Numbered from the stretch's first letter, positions 42,965 through 56,988 are shown. The stretch: 64,000 nucleotides of DNA from Eledone cirrhosa (GCA_964016885.1 OZ024753.1:2294001-2358000); one strand, 5' to 3'. The notes: generated from the sequence alone by a model not told the origin. Numbers and translations are program-made.

Positions 42965-43593
42965 ATAGATATATAGATATATGTATGTATATATGAAAAA
43001 AAAATATATATACATATATATATACGTATTATTATAGGACTTCCGCTTAATTTGAAATATTTATTTCCCTGTCTGAAGATAAATATAAATAATAGAAATG
43101 TTGTGTCTGTTACATATTAAGCTATGATAAAACATAAGAAAAAAACTCTATCTAAACTTTCGCCATCACTCTTTTGTAAACTAATCAAAATTGATTAGAT
43201 ACGTCGAACAGTCGTAAAGGTTGACCTATTCTTTGTACACTTTGATAGGTTTGTCCTATAGAATACTATAGTGTCAGACACAAACATTGCTAACGTGTTA
43301 TGAATTTATAACAGATTATATTTCCGATTTCGTTCCATAGTTTATCAGTCAATTGTCTTACAAATAATATGACCGCTGTGTGTATAATAGATTATATTTC
43401 CGATTTCCTTCCATATTTTAGTGTTACATACGAAGACCGTAGCAGATTAATGCAGATGAATCTACTTATCATATGCTTTCTATCCCACTCTGTATCTCTC
43501 TTTCGTTCTCTCTTTCTCCCTGTTTCTCTCTCTTTCCTGATCTCTCTCTTCCTCTGTTTCTCTCCCTCTTATTTTCTCTACTCAGACACAACT

Positions 43594-43710
<117 letters not shown>

Positions 43711-44337
43711 TACTTATTCCTCCGGTAATAAAATGTACTATTAAAAACCATCTTATTCAGCTTGTAGTAGCGTTGCATTCAATCTATCTTTAAACTTCGG
43801 GCCAACCTCGCACTATCTGTTTAGTGAAATGATTAGATATGCCATAATACCGTATCAAGGTGGCAATGAATCAAGTATTCTGTATCGGACTTTGCTTTGA
43901 CATCAAACAGAAGAAGCCGCAAAATAAAGGTCATAGTTTTGCTTCTGACTTGCATCAATAGATTTGCCCGAATGACACAAGCAACAAGAAATTATTAACG
44001 ACATTTAATATACGTATGTAATTATTTATGACTCTTCTTATTTTGATTAATGTCATTGTTGTTGTTCTCGATATTGATTTTGTTGCTGTTGATGTTTTTT
44101 TTGTTGTTGTTGATGAGGTTTTTGTTGTTTTTGTTGATGATGTTTTTGTTGTTTTGGTACGCATAAAAAAATCAATATTGGTATTCCATACTTCTCTAAT
44201 GCAATAGAAGAAGAAGAAGAAGAAGAAGAAGTAGAAGTTAAAAAATTAGTAAGCACATGAACAAAAGAGCAAAACAAGAGGCTAACATGAAATACATTAT
44301 GTGCGATTATTACACAGTCCTAGCAAAGTAAGAGAAT

Positions 44338-44578
44338 ATCTAAACACCCAAACATTGAACATACTTTATACATACCCAAACATTGAACATGCTTCATATA
44401 TCTAAACACCCAAACAGTGAACATACTCCATATATATATATACACTATCTACACACCCAAATACAGAACATAGTCTATATATGTACAAACTCAAACACTG
44501 AACATGCTCCACATATCCATATACCCAAACACTGACATACTCTGTATATCTACACACCCAAACACTGAAATGCTCCAA
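44338..44578. repeat. Degenerate minisatellite, unit about 30 bp
   Basis: Repeated acacccaaaca(t/c)tgaacat(a/g)ct. Confidence 0.85.
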
Positions 44579-45944
44579 ATATTGACCAGACAACAAAATA
44601 GTTTTTCAGATGATTTAGACTAAAAACTAGAAATAATACGAAAAATAACACAAGTTCCAATACACTAGTCATCTTCGTTATAGCATTCAGCTTCTTGTCC
44701 ACAACGATGAAGCATCTATCGCTTTCGACGATGGGCATCCAGCTGTACGATCAGTGGAACGCCAGACGTGTACCCGTAGTGTAGTTAGGTCTTAAGTTCA
44801 ATCCTTCTGACGGGTTTCTACACACACCATTTCTGTTTAGCTCATTTCATTCACAATGGTTGAAACGATCTGTATGTTTGACAAATGCACTTGACCAGAA
44901 CATCTGTCACTAATGTCGCCCAACACTCAAACGCTCCTGCCAGTCCACAACACTATCTATAACAATGAATTACATATCAACCCAGATAAATTGACAATGG
45001 GATGAGCGGCAACTATTAAGATATAATTATAAAAGTCAGGAGCAAACAGATTGTATACTGATAGAGATCTCGTTCACAAAATATAGCACAAGTGGTGCAG
45101 TACCAGAAAGCATCAGACTTCGTGAGTCATGGGCGGTAAATAGGCAGAAGTGGATGTGTACGAGCATATGTATCTACCAGTAACGCCTGATGGAATGGTA
45201 GGGTCACCTGTAATAACAAATGGCGTTTCTTAGGTATTTCTTAAACCTGAGAGAGCCTATCAATTCTCCAGATCTGAACACAGTCAATTTCTTTTAGAGA
45301 AGGAGTGAGAGGAAGCGAGAAAGCCTAATAGAGACAGAATCGACATCAGTACATGACTGGTACGTTTTTATCGAACTTGAGAGTAAAACAGCGCTAATAA
45401 TAGTTGAGGCATTGGTTGTGATAAAGAAGACAATGCGCGAGGCCGTACAAACTATAGCTAGGCTCAAGCATCGAGGGTAGAAAGTATTCTTTCAAAATTA
45501 CAATTCACGCAACACATGCTCTAAACATTTCTTCCCAATGATATAATACTACCACATGTAACACATACTGTTCACAATAAAGACTATAAATTCCTAAATA
45601 GTCGACACTTGATTCTGTAATGCGCCAAACATATAAACAACAATTCTTGTAATTTATAGTCTATAAATGTGCTATTCGATAATTTAACACATCTTTATGC
45701 AACATCCTTATACAACACATTCACAGAGTGAATGCTACCCGACACTAAAACATATAATACAAATCATACAGCGTACAGCAATCACACATACTATAAAGAC
45801 TATATAACATATTTCACAGCATATTATCGACAGAATCTGTAATCGACACAAAAAAGAATGACATGAACAAGAACTAGAAAAGGAAGGATAAGAAGGAGGA
45901 GGAGGAAACGAGATGAAGACAAAATATATATATTATTAATAATA

Positions 45945-46130
45945 AGGTGGATTGGCAGTATCGGTAGAGGGTCGGACGCCATGTTTTACAGCATAATTAC
46001 GTCCCTTTACGATCTGAGTTCAAATCCCGCCGAGGTTGACTTTGCCTTTCATCCTTACGGGGTCGATAAAATAAAGTACCAGTAATGCACTGAGTAATTG
46101 CTGGCCTTGTGCCTAAAGTAGAAACAATTA
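45945..46130 (+). mobile_element. SINE family A, young variant A1
   Basis: Full-length, near-identical to other A1 copies. Confidence 0.95.
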
Positions 46131-46519
46131 TTAATAATAAGGATTTCTAATTTAGGAGCAAGGCAAGCAATCTGTTAGATGGGAAAATTGTTTATATAGA
46201 CACAAGTTCTTTTTTTTTAACAAGAAAATACTTCCTGGAGATATAAAAATATTTCCAAACCTAAAGATCATCCATAAATTCTGCCAAGACACAAAATAAG
46301 TATGACATTAGAAAACTATATTGAGAAGAACCAAATGAACTAAAAGTTGTATGCTCCGAAACCAGCCAGGTGTAAATACAAATGTTGAAAAATAACACTG
46401 AAACGAAATGACAAATAAACAAGTGTATTGTAATTTGACTAACTAATAAATGTACTGTAATTTGACTAAATAACATAAATACATTTTTAATTTTTGTCAA
46501 AGCTCAGTAATTAGTAACG

Positions 46520-46860
46520 GAACTATGGGCATCCGTTTCCATACCATTTTCAGATACTGGAGCAATTTAATACACAACGCGGATGTCAGATATCAAAACC
46601 TTTTCAATTCAGATGGTAAATTCATAAAGAGTGTTGTATTCTACTTTTTTCCTCAGCCATTCGTGCGGAAACTATAGCAGTTGAAGTGCATCACGTTTGA
46701 ACTGTGGCTTTGGAGTGTTGTGGTGGCATGCGCTGACGTTGAAATCGTTATGGATTTGGGCACCACGGAATATTACACATATGAAAAAGATACTTCGAAG
46801 TACCGTCAGCCGGATGTGACCGAGTTGCTCTTAGAGTGACGAAACCGATCAGCATGGAAT
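46520..46860 (+). mobile_element. Possible decayed PLE 3' end with HHR relic (46813-46855)
   Basis: GHPFPYHFQILEQ...QISKPF resembles a GIY-YIG C-terminus; stem GUUGCUC(uua)GAGUGAC followed by GAAACCGAUC. Confidence 0.4.
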
Positions 46861-48042
46861 GCCTCAGAGTATGAGCGTTGCTCTGTATGACGTTATGTTG
46901 AACAGCAGCTGGTGTACTTAGGGTAGATACAGCTACACACATAGAGTCTCGAGAAGATCATCACCTTCCTTTTTTCCCTGATGAGGGTGGGTTAGTTTAT
47001 TTTATATGATGAAAGAGATTTTATTGTGGACGAGAATGCAAGAGCTCAAGGAATACTTTTATCTCTTTGGCCAAGTCCTCAACATTTCAACATTTCCTTT
47101 TGTGTGTGGCATGAATGTAAGGAAGAAGGTACTAGGTAGTAGTTAATTAGATAAAAAGATAAAAAGGTGGATAAAGGTGCATGGCTCGGAGAAATGTTTT
47201 TAATTTCAACTTTCGCTTTTACGGAAGTAAAAATAACTCTGAAAAGGCAATTGACTTGGCAGCAAAGCAGTTCTGGATCTGTAGAGTTACATGATTAGAC
47301 GCATCTGGCTGTTCTCTAATTGGAAAATCTCATTTTATTTCTTTTGTATTCTGTAGTTCCCCAAGTCTGAATTTTCACATAAACTGTTCTGTGTGAACGC
47401 TCACCGCTTTTGTAAGTTTTCAGTGTAATTCCTTCTCATCCGCCAACCTTGTGGCAAATAAAAGATCTAATTTGTATTTTTTTTTTTTTTTTCCATTTTA
47501 TGATGTGACTTTTGCTTTCACTGATATTGTTATTCTGTCTTTGCTCTCCGACACCAGCTGAATCATAAAAATAAATCATGGAAATATTCAAAGACTAACG
47601 CATTTCTATGGCTATAGGTCAACGTATTATATCTTTGCGAAACGAAATTATTGGAATTGATATAAAAATAGAAAATACGAACGGTTCAAGATATCTGCTT
47701 TGACAGTTTACGAATATTATGTGTATGAAAGACTGTGTGTGTTGTTATGTCGATATGCGTTAGTGGATGTCAACGAAAGAATGCATGTATACTGATATGA
47801 CAGATCATATTTTGTAGGAACTGCGTACATCAGTATTAGGTGTTTTCAGTAGGAAATTATCCATATTAATATTTTGGTTTGAGTATTTGCACACTTCATA
47901 TATCAAATTATATATATTCACAAATACACGAAATTAAATATATAGACACACCCATAAAGAAATTGAAAATATATTCCTATAGAATAAATGCAAACGCGAT
48001 ATAGCAAAGCAAGCTCAACAGTATCTATAAATATGCATAGAT

Positions 48043-48275
48043 TGCGTGGCTTAGTAGTTATAGTGTTCAGTTCACGGTCGTAAGATCGTGAATACATTCC
48101 CTAACCGGACGTGTCTTTGAGCAAGATGCTTCCTTCATGTTGCTCCATTTCACTCAGCTTTCCAGAATGAGTTATAAACGTAATTTAAGGCCTCACTTTG
48201 TCCACATCGTGCCTGGTTGAATCTCTCTGAGAAGTAGATTACGGGTGCATATGACTGCGAAGAGCTCAGCCATTG
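48043..48275 (+). mobile_element. SINE family B, diverged
   Basis: gcgtggcttagtagtta head; gtgtctttgagcaagatgctt CORE-like segment. Confidence 0.72.
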
Positions 48276-48607
48276 ATTGAAGTGATGGAATTTCAAAAAC
48301 ACTTACGCACAACCACATTCATATATATTCATATATATATATATGAATATACATTCATATATATATATATGAATATACATTCATATATATATATATATAT
48401 ATATGAATGTGCTTTTGCTTGTGTGTATATGCATATATATATATATATATATATATTTATTAAAATAACAGATTAAAGTTTAAGCAAAGAATCGCTGCTT
48501 TCACCCTTAACGGGATCTTCTGAAACTAACCCTTCTTATATATTTGATATATATTTATCCTTATCGAGCCCTCTTGGGATTTTAGTCTTTAAATTTATTA
48601 TTATTAT

Positions 48608-48663
<56 letters not shown>

Positions 48664-48814
48664 CAATTATAGTATTTGGGTTGTGCCGGAAAGTGGTCGT
48701 TAAATAATTTGAAGAAGATCCTAGGTACTGGTGTTGAGACCATCCTGTTAGGGAAGGGGGGGGGGGTTACCAAATTATCTACATGCACCTATTTCTGTTA
48801 TATATATATATATA

Positions 48815-48876
<62 letters not shown>

Positions 48877-49350
48877 TATATATATATATATATATTTATT
48901 TATATATGTATGTATGTATTTATGTATGTATTTCGACTAAATTTCAGTTGAAACTTGTCTAGAGCACCAAAGCCTAGCTACTCATAAGAGAACTACTGAA
49001 TAGATGAATACGCTGAACATCTTCATGGTTTTAATTAACGACGGGATATCATCTTAATTAGCATATATATATTTAATCATCTCATTCTTCAAACAGATTC
49101 TATTGAGACTTATAATAATATCGTTCATTATCTTTCAAGTAGTTCGTCTGATGTATGAACAGTTTTGTAAAGAGTAATTCTTATTCATTGTTACACTTAT
49201 TAATTACCGCATTCTTCAAGTGCAGTTTCAATGTATTGAGTCTATTAAGTCCTCTTCATTCAATATTCAAAGTTACGTCATTGGAGAGAAAGTATTTGTA
49301 AATAACTTATTAATTCCTTGTCTCTATGCTACCTACCTAGATATTATCAT

Positions 49351-49393
<43 letters not shown>

Positions 49394-49454
49394 ATATATA
49401 TATATATTTGTATATATATATATATATATATATTTGTATATATATATATATTTG

Positions 49455-49513
<59 letters not shown>

Positions 49514-49517
<4 letters not shown>

Positions 49518-49717
49518 AACGAGTAGGACCCCGACGGCTGAGCTCAAGCCGTTTCGACGGCTAATTCTGGACGAGCCGTAATTAGAATTAGCCGTCGAAA
49601 CGGCTTGAGCTCAGCCGTCGGGGTCCTACTCGTTCCTATTACTCACTCTACTACCCTAAGTATTGAGTACTTTGGTGCGCTATGGTCCACTTAGTTCCTT
49701 ACCACATTTCCTTCGTT
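49514..49717 (+). mobile_element. Hairpin plus tail element in (TA)n
   Basis: About 55-bp perfect arms around a 15-nt loop ggacgagccgtaatt, then tail of about 78 bp; second copy at 62699. Confidence 0.92.
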
Positions 49718-49849
49718 ATATATATATATATATATTTATATATTTATATATATATATATTTATTTATTCATATATATATATATATATATATTTATATATT
49801 TATATATATATATTTATATATATTTATTTATTCATATATATATATATAC

Positions 49850-49990
49850 AGATAAATCCACCAATCTGAAGACGGCGGGTAGAGAAGGCGTATGTATATT
49901 TTCTTACTTTGATAATTTGTAATATATTTTACAAAGATCACTAATAGAATGAACATATGGAGAACTACCCTCCAGAAACGGTCGTAAAAA
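49850..49990 (+). ncRNA. Hammerhead motif with 102-nt stem II hairpin; stem I damaged
   Basis: CUGAAGA-CGGcGGGUAG...UUUGUAA/UUACAAA...CUACCCuCCA-GAA-ACGGUCGU-A; homologous to 18653-18840. Confidence 0.62.
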
Positions 49991-49992
49991 AT

Positions 49993-50175
49993 AATTGTTT
50001 ATACTTTAGGCACAAGGCCAGCAAATACCCAGTGCATTACTGGTACTTTATTTTATCGACCCCGTAAGGATGAAAGGCAAAGGCAACCACGGCGGGATTT
50101 GAACTCAGATCGTAAAGGGACGTAACTATGCTGGAAAGCATGGCGTCCGACCCTCTACCGATACTGCCAATCCAT
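49993..50175 (-). mobile_element. SINE family A, young variant A1
   Basis: Full-length copy. Confidence 0.95.
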
Positions 50176-50251
50176 AGTGAGTTTTACTACGAATTACCCG
50201 TATTTTGTTTAATTTCATTGTTTTCATTATTTGTATTATATATATATATAT

Positions 50252-50856
50252 AAGAAGCCAGAGAAGATCACTATTGTAGGCGGAAGCAGCTAGAATTGGT
50301 TGAGGACTTCCTGTATTTGGGAGCAAAGATTGGGAACACGGAAGATGATGTGGTCGAGAGGAGGAGCAAACCCTGAGATCGGTGTGGAAGTCGGACCTTC
50401 GTAAAGACCTGAAGATCCGTCTCTTCGTTGCTATAGTGGAGTCTGTGCTGCTGTACGGGTCTGAGACTTGGACACTGACCAAGAACCTCGCTCAGATGGT
50501 GGATGGGTGCTACACGAGAATGTTTAGGATGGCTATAAATATTAATCAGTATACACTGAGTATGAAGAACTCAGAGCTGTACAGGAGCCTCCCAAAAGTC
50601 AGCTCGAGAGTGGCACAGAAGAGACTGAGGTTAGCTGGACATGCTCACCGACAACCAGAGTTGACATTGCACTCAGTGTTTTTGTGGGAGCCCCCCTGCA
50701 TGGACACACTGGAATAGGAAGACCGAGGTTAAAATATGTTGATGTCTTAAGGACAGACACTGGTCTCTTGGAGACGCAGGACATGGTAGCGATAATGAGG
50801 GACAGAGACCGCTGGAGAGAACTCGTCCATGGATCTCGGAAATTTTACTCGCCCTC
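50252..50856 (+). pseudogene. RTE LINE, 5'-truncated C-terminal RT region
   Basis: VEDFLYLG; LKIRLFVAIVESVLLYGSETWTLT; RLRLAGH; GRPRLKYVDVL; DRDRWRELV. Confidence 0.93.
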
Positions 50857-50909
50857 CCGTCCCAGTAATGCACTGGGATAATTGCTGGCCTTGTGCCAAA
50901 AGTAGAAAC

Positions 50910-50970
<61 letters not shown>

Positions 50971-51010
50971 ATATATTAATAAATGGAAACTATATTTATA
51001 AAACCATAAT

Positions 51011-51076
51011 TATTTTATTATATATATTTCAAGGGCGACCAAGGTAAATTATGGTGCGCTTTCATCAGATAAAATA
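51011..51076 (-). ncRNA. Type I hammerhead motif
   Basis: UAUUUUAU-CUGAUGA-AAGCGcACCA...UGGUCGCccUU-GAA-AUAUAUAU-A-AUAAAAUA; 8-bp stem I. Confidence 0.82.
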
Positions 51077-51431
51077 CAAATTTGTTTTATAAATAAATAT
51101 TGACATACCCGGAAAAAAGACAACGACACGGTTGAAGTTCGCTGGATAGTGGAGATACTTGAGGGTGTTACAAATTTGGGAGTGCGTATGCAAATGAGTG
51201 TCGGAAAAATTGAAAAAAAAAACAACGGTTTATTTAAATTAAACTGTTGGAAGAAAATAAATGTAATAGGGAGATAGACAAGATAGATGTAAAAAGGAGA
51301 TAGACAAAAACTTGAGAGAGAGAGAGAGATAAAGAGAATAGAAAGAGAAAGAGAGAGATAGAAGAAAAAGAGAAAAGATATAACATTGAGAGAGAGTGAA
51401 GGAAAGAACAAATAATATATATAACTTCTGA

Positions 51432-51464
<33 letters not shown>

Positions 51465-51518
51465 ATATATATATGTATATATATAATATATGTATATATA
51501 TGTATATATATATATATG

Positions 51519-51550
<32 letters not shown>

Positions 51551-52498
51551 TAAGTATGTATACGTGCATACATATATGTGTACAGACGTACAGTAGTATG
51601 TATATATATACATACATGCACACATATATATATATATATATATATGTACGTATGGGTTTACCGAATATTTATTATAATGCGCAGCCTAATTTGCATATCG
51701 AGTGAGTTAGTCGGCCGGGCGCACCGCAAACGATAAATGGAAAAGAATGAAACGAAATTTCATTTAAACGCGTATGCGTACATATAGGACGTCAATTCGT
51801 GTCTGGGAATGAGCAGTGATAGAAGACATAGCTACCTAGGTGACCGGCAATACACGAGAGGATCACTTAATCTGCACACTACCTCATGTCATAGCGATCT
51901 CGCAAGTAAAGGAAACAACAAATATGGTTTTAATCGTTACCGATGATCAATGAAATCACAACATTTAACAGTTGTGATATATCTTTAGTTCTATTAATGT
52001 CCTCTGCATGGGATTTATCATAGTGAATGAAGCGTGCATAAAACTGCATTGAATTTTCAGATAGAACATATTTCTTCTGTGCATCCCCAATCTGATGGCG
52101 AGTCGCCAGAAGGCCTTCAGAGGTACCCATCACTCATACACGCACGCACAGACACAGACACACACACATAACACCCCCTCCCCACAGACACACACACATA
52201 CGCACATACATTTACGTACACTCACTTATTCTCTTAATCCCATCATTATACAAGAAGAATTCATGTTCTGCCTTGGAGGTGAGCGGCAATAGAAAGGATG
52301 AAAAGGGGAAGTCAGGAGTTAGTGTTTCGCCATCCATTCATACAACAAACATACTTTCGATTATTTCCAAATGTTTCCTTCTTGAATGAGTTAACCTCTT
52401 CTTTGAGGTTACCAATTTGTTTTGTCATCGAATTATTTATTTTGTCTGTATTTTTCATTAAACTTTGCCACATCATGTAGCAAAGTTTAAAGACTTAC

Positions 52499-52589
52499 CT
52501 ACATCGTTTTAATGGATGCCAGATACCAGTCACTTTAACACCCCAAGTTTTACATCCATTATGGTGTTTGTTCAACCTTTCAGATGAAC
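52499..52589 (-). other. Candidate 91-nt host exon (unconfirmed)
   Basis: ttctccgtgctgtAG acceptor, AG|GTAAGT donor, open frame SSERLNKHHNGCKTWGVKVTGIWHPLKRC; no recognised domain. Confidence 0.25.
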
Positions 52590-53514
52590 CTACAGCACGG
52601 AGAATTTCAGAGGGTTTTCAACTAATGGTGAATTAAATAATATGTCTAGAATTCGGATGTATGTGAGAGCATGCACGAGTGTAAACCAGTTTCTTGCAAA
52701 TTAATATACAATCATTATAACAATATAGTGCTATTCCACTTAAAATATTGTCTCCCAGAAAAATAGCTGGGTAGTGCTAAGCCATTAGAAAATATAATGA
52801 ATGGTATAATATGATGGAAAATGATAACTGAAAATTGAAAAGTAAAACGTAATAAACTGGCAAATAAACAGGAAGAGGTAGAAAAGAAGTGAATAAAAAA
52901 AGAGAAGTAATATGTTAAAAATACAATTAGATATTGCAAAATTGATATATAAAAGCATAAACCTAAACTTATAATAAACATAGTTGGCTGTAAACAGTAA
53001 AAAAAAAGTATATAAAGCAAGGAAAAAAAATATTATAAAATAAATTTGAACAATGTAAAATGATATTAGATGAAGTGAAATAAATTAAATAACTAAAATA
53101 AATGAGATCCAATGATAGTAAGAATAGAAAGTAAAAAGAATATAATAAAAGAAGAAAAATAAAATGATAAAAAATAATATATATATATATAAAATAATAT
53201 ATAATATATATATATATGTGTGTCTATAAACACGTATAAATAATGTAATTAGGGAAATAATATAGTGGAAGAGAAAATATAAAAAAAACGCAATATGGAT
53301 TTATGATTTGGTTGGTATTCGGAGATGTTAGAATTGTTTCCGAATGCATTTAAAAGTGAGTTTGTTATGGTGGTCATGACGTACTCCAGATGTTTGGTTG
53401 CTGAAATCGAAAGCTGTGACGTTCCTCTAAGCCTTTAACTTTGTTTCTCCCAAGACATTTCAGTGACCATTCGAAATGTTTGGCGGTGCCCATGTCCTCT
53501 CCAAGGTATGTATC

Positions 53515-53627
<113 letters not shown>

Positions 53628-53694
53628 TAAGTATTTCCGAAAAAAAAGCAAAAGAAAAAAGAGTGATTTATGTATAATACAGAGCTATGTAATA

Positions 53695-53762
53695 TTTTAT
53701 CTGATGAGCGAACTAGACGTATGTCAATATTGTATGCAGTTCTGAAACCTTTGGTAATGGAG
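53695..53762 (+). ncRNA. Type I hammerhead motif, medium-length stem II
   Basis: UUUUAU-CUGAUGA-GcGAACU...AGUUCU-GAA-ACC(uuu)GGU-A-AUGGAG. Confidence 0.7.
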
Positions 53763-53906
53763 TCGTTATATATTGTGTTGTTTACTTTCTAATTAAATAC
53801 ATACATACACACACACAGAGATACACACACAGAGAGAGAGAGATAACACACACACATAGACACACAGAGACGGACAGACACACACACAAATATATATATA
53901 TATAAT

Positions 53907-54003
53907 AGAAATAGGATTTAGCTTCAGGCATAGCTGTATATAAATATGTATAAACATTTCGTATTTCTAGAGAAACACGATTTTAGGAAGCCGTAGCTAT
54001 GCA
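53907..54003 (-). mobile_element. 3' fragment of the 9341-9760 family
   Basis: ttttaggaagccgtagctatgca and ataggattt.gcttca.gcatagct shared. Confidence 0.8.
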
Positions 54004-54399
54004 TATATATATATACTACATTTGTGCCTTTCTCTTATAAGGCAAAGTACTAAATGCACTCCCGTATGCCTGTTATAACTATGTGTTACAAAAACAAATT
54101 TTTCACTCATATTTAAACGTTTCGTGCACTAGCCATTACCCACGCCTACTCACCAAGAATCACCAATAATCTGATTTAAAGGAAAGAAATGGTGTGGCTA
54201 TCCAATTTAAGGTCTTCCCTATTCCATTTCTGGCTTTAAACAATTCGTTTTCTTGGACTAATCGTGCCTGAATAACATGGTATGTTTCATCTGAAATTCA
54301 TTTCAACTCCATATGCCTCTCTTCTTCAATAAGACAGTTAGCACTGTCCTGGTGTACGTTTTATACACTGGTATGTGTATATATATATATATATATATA

Positions 54400-54486
54400 C
54401 AGGGTGTCCCCCAACCAACCAAAATTGTATGCATACTTCAACACCATTCTAATAAAACTATATATACATGTTTTGGGAAAACCCTG
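54400..54486. mobile_element. Tiny Tc1/mariner-type MITE
   Basis: TA|cagggtgtcccca ... tgggaaaaccctg|TA; same TIR end at about 33720-33735. Confidence 0.6.
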
Positions 54487-54589
54487 TATATATATGTGTA
54501 TATTATGTATATATATATATATAGTATATATATGTATATATATATGTATATTATATATATATAATATTGTATATGTATATATATATATG

Positions 54590-54703
<114 letters not shown>

Positions 54704-54708
54704 TGTAT

Positions 54709-54744
<36 letters not shown>

Positions 54745-56360
54745 ATATATACATTTATATATATATTTATATATATATTATCTATACTCTGCAAGCTTGT
54801 TTTCATATTAAATAATAGGGTAAATTGTAAAATCTAAACAGTCGCTATGAAGCAATCTAAGCGCTATGTTTCTATTGGTTATTTATGTTAAATGCAAATC
54901 TGTGTTGCACAAGAAAGAGACTTTCATCCTTTTATAGGTAATCGTTTCAAATATGTGTACAAAGAGACATCTAATTGTATTACAGCTTTTCATTAATTCT
55001 ACTTTACATACTAAAGAGTATTGTCAAGGTGAAAAGCCATATTTGAATAAATAGTCTTCGGGGATTTTATCAACATCATCAGAGATTTTCGGGACTACGT
55101 GCCAGAATAAATTGATGTATAGTGCGATAATTCTTCTTGCCAAATCACCCTGCAGGCATACGGTTGTAAATCAATTCGGGATAATGGTAGCTATATCTGC
55201 CACATGTTTCCTAACTTGACAAACGGTGAATGACAAAATATCAAAAAGTTACTGATGTTTCTAATATCGTTGTTTAAGCAAATATCATAAAACACCTGTG
55301 ATAAATACATCAAATATGTTTAAGATGTAAAATGATTGATTTTAGAGCTAATGAATTTTTATTTGATGAAGTGATAGATCAAATCGTATTAGCATGTCTT
55401 GGTCTAATCACAGCTAGTATATTTTGTTTGTGACATCAACTATCTTTCACATTAAGTGAAAGGAATTAATATATATATATGATTCATCTTTAGAACTGAG
55501 GAAGCCAACTGATTAATACTCTAACGCGACCTCTCCTTGACAATCCTTTACATATTCCATTTTATTGGTGATGTCAGTGTCGTATTTTATGATAAATCTC
55601 ATTTGATGGGATATGTAATGCTGGATGCTCAAATTCGTTAGACATTTCAAATGATATATGAATGAAGCAATGAGGTTATGTTGAATGAAGAAATAAAATC
55701 TAGTTTCATTCCATCTAGAGATTATGGATATAATAAATATATTGAATGTATTTTAGGGATCAGAACATTGGCAAGAAAAATGAAAGTCTATTAAATTCAA
55801 TGGCCGAGAAATGACATCTTACGAGCTCACAATTTAACAATTGATTCAATACAAGAGAACGCGAAGAGAATACATTCAAACTAGTAGCTTGCGATACCCG
55901 TATGAGAAAATGCATCTATTCTTTACTTATACTATAATACATTGAGTAATTGTTTTGTTAAGGGAGTTAATTAATGAATATATGTGTGTATATGTGAGTG
56001 TGACAATAACTAGGACTATTTATAATATTAATTATCCTGAACATATAATTGCAAAATAAAACTATTGATGGCTACCAAAATACATGGATCAGAGCAACGT
56101 ATCAGTTTTGCATCCATTATTCTGCAGATATGCTTTTCAGGAAGGGAACATCAATTGTAATACAGAACTATCAATGTCAAACGAATCACTAGATTCTGCT
56201 GTAATGTATTAAAAAAAGTGTCATTAAAAGGATATATATTTATATATATCCTTTTCGTTACACTTTTCTTTTTTTTTTCTTTTTCTTTTAATTTCTTTTT
56301 CTATCAACATTTTTGCTGAACCATCATTTGGCGTTCGCAACGAGAGAATCCACTATATAC

Positions 56361-56438
<78 letters not shown>

Positions 56439-56711
56439 CACGTTTTAATTGGATTTTCAAGGTATTAGTAGATTCATGGCTTGGGGTGATGAAGGAACAC
56501 CTCCTCTATTATCAGAACGTGTATGTACCACGCATACACAAAAAATGTTACTGATGCAGGTTTATGTATATATATATATATATATGTAGGAGGTGAGTTT
56601 TATTGTAGTACAATAAAGCAATGCAGATATCGGATAAGAAGCACTCTACAGTTTGTAGGACTGGAGTATACATAATATAAGATCAAAAGATGGTTAAAGG
56701 AGTTTCATGTA

Positions 56712-56778
56712 TTTTATTATGCGCATTTCAAAAACAAACATCATCATGCAATAATATTTGTGTTTTCATCAGATAAAA
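56712..56778 (-). ncRNA. Type I hammerhead motif (left arm)
   Basis: Exact reverse complement of 56890-56956. Confidence 0.85.
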
Positions 56779-56889
56779 CAGGAGAACATGATATGAAGGC
56801 TAAAAAACACTTGTGGATAGTGCAGGATATGTTGATTTAAAACTGCACTATCCACAAGTGTTTTTTAGCCTTCATATCATGTTCTCCTG

Positions 56890-56956
56890 TTTTATCTGAT
56901 GAAAACACAAATATTATTGCATGATGATGTTTGTTTTTGAAATGCGCATAATAAAA
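56890..56956 (+). ncRNA. Type I hammerhead motif (right arm)
   Basis: UUUUAU-CUGAUGA-AAAcACAAAUAUUAUU(gcau)GAUGAUGUUUGUuUUU-GAA-AUGCGCAU-A-AUAAAA. Confidence 0.85.
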
Positions 56957-56988
56957 TACATGGAACTCCTTTAACCATCTTTTGATCT

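Noticed and set aside
45240-45300. Tc1 transposase motif SPDLN
   Set aside because: Only a five-residue match with no surrounding frame or TIRs
49565-49612. Hammerhead within the hairpin element (ctggacga...gtcgaaacggc)
   Set aside because: Core has an extra G, stem II is poor and there is no NUH plus stem I; at most a relic
49873-49974. SECIS element inside the long stem II
   Set aside because: No convincing AUGA/GA quartet with apical AA at the right spacing by eye, and no linked ORF
51646-51781. Possible MITE with tacgtatgggttta / taaacgcgtatgcgta ends and an octamer motif
   Set aside because: TIR match is weak and no second copy occurs in the window
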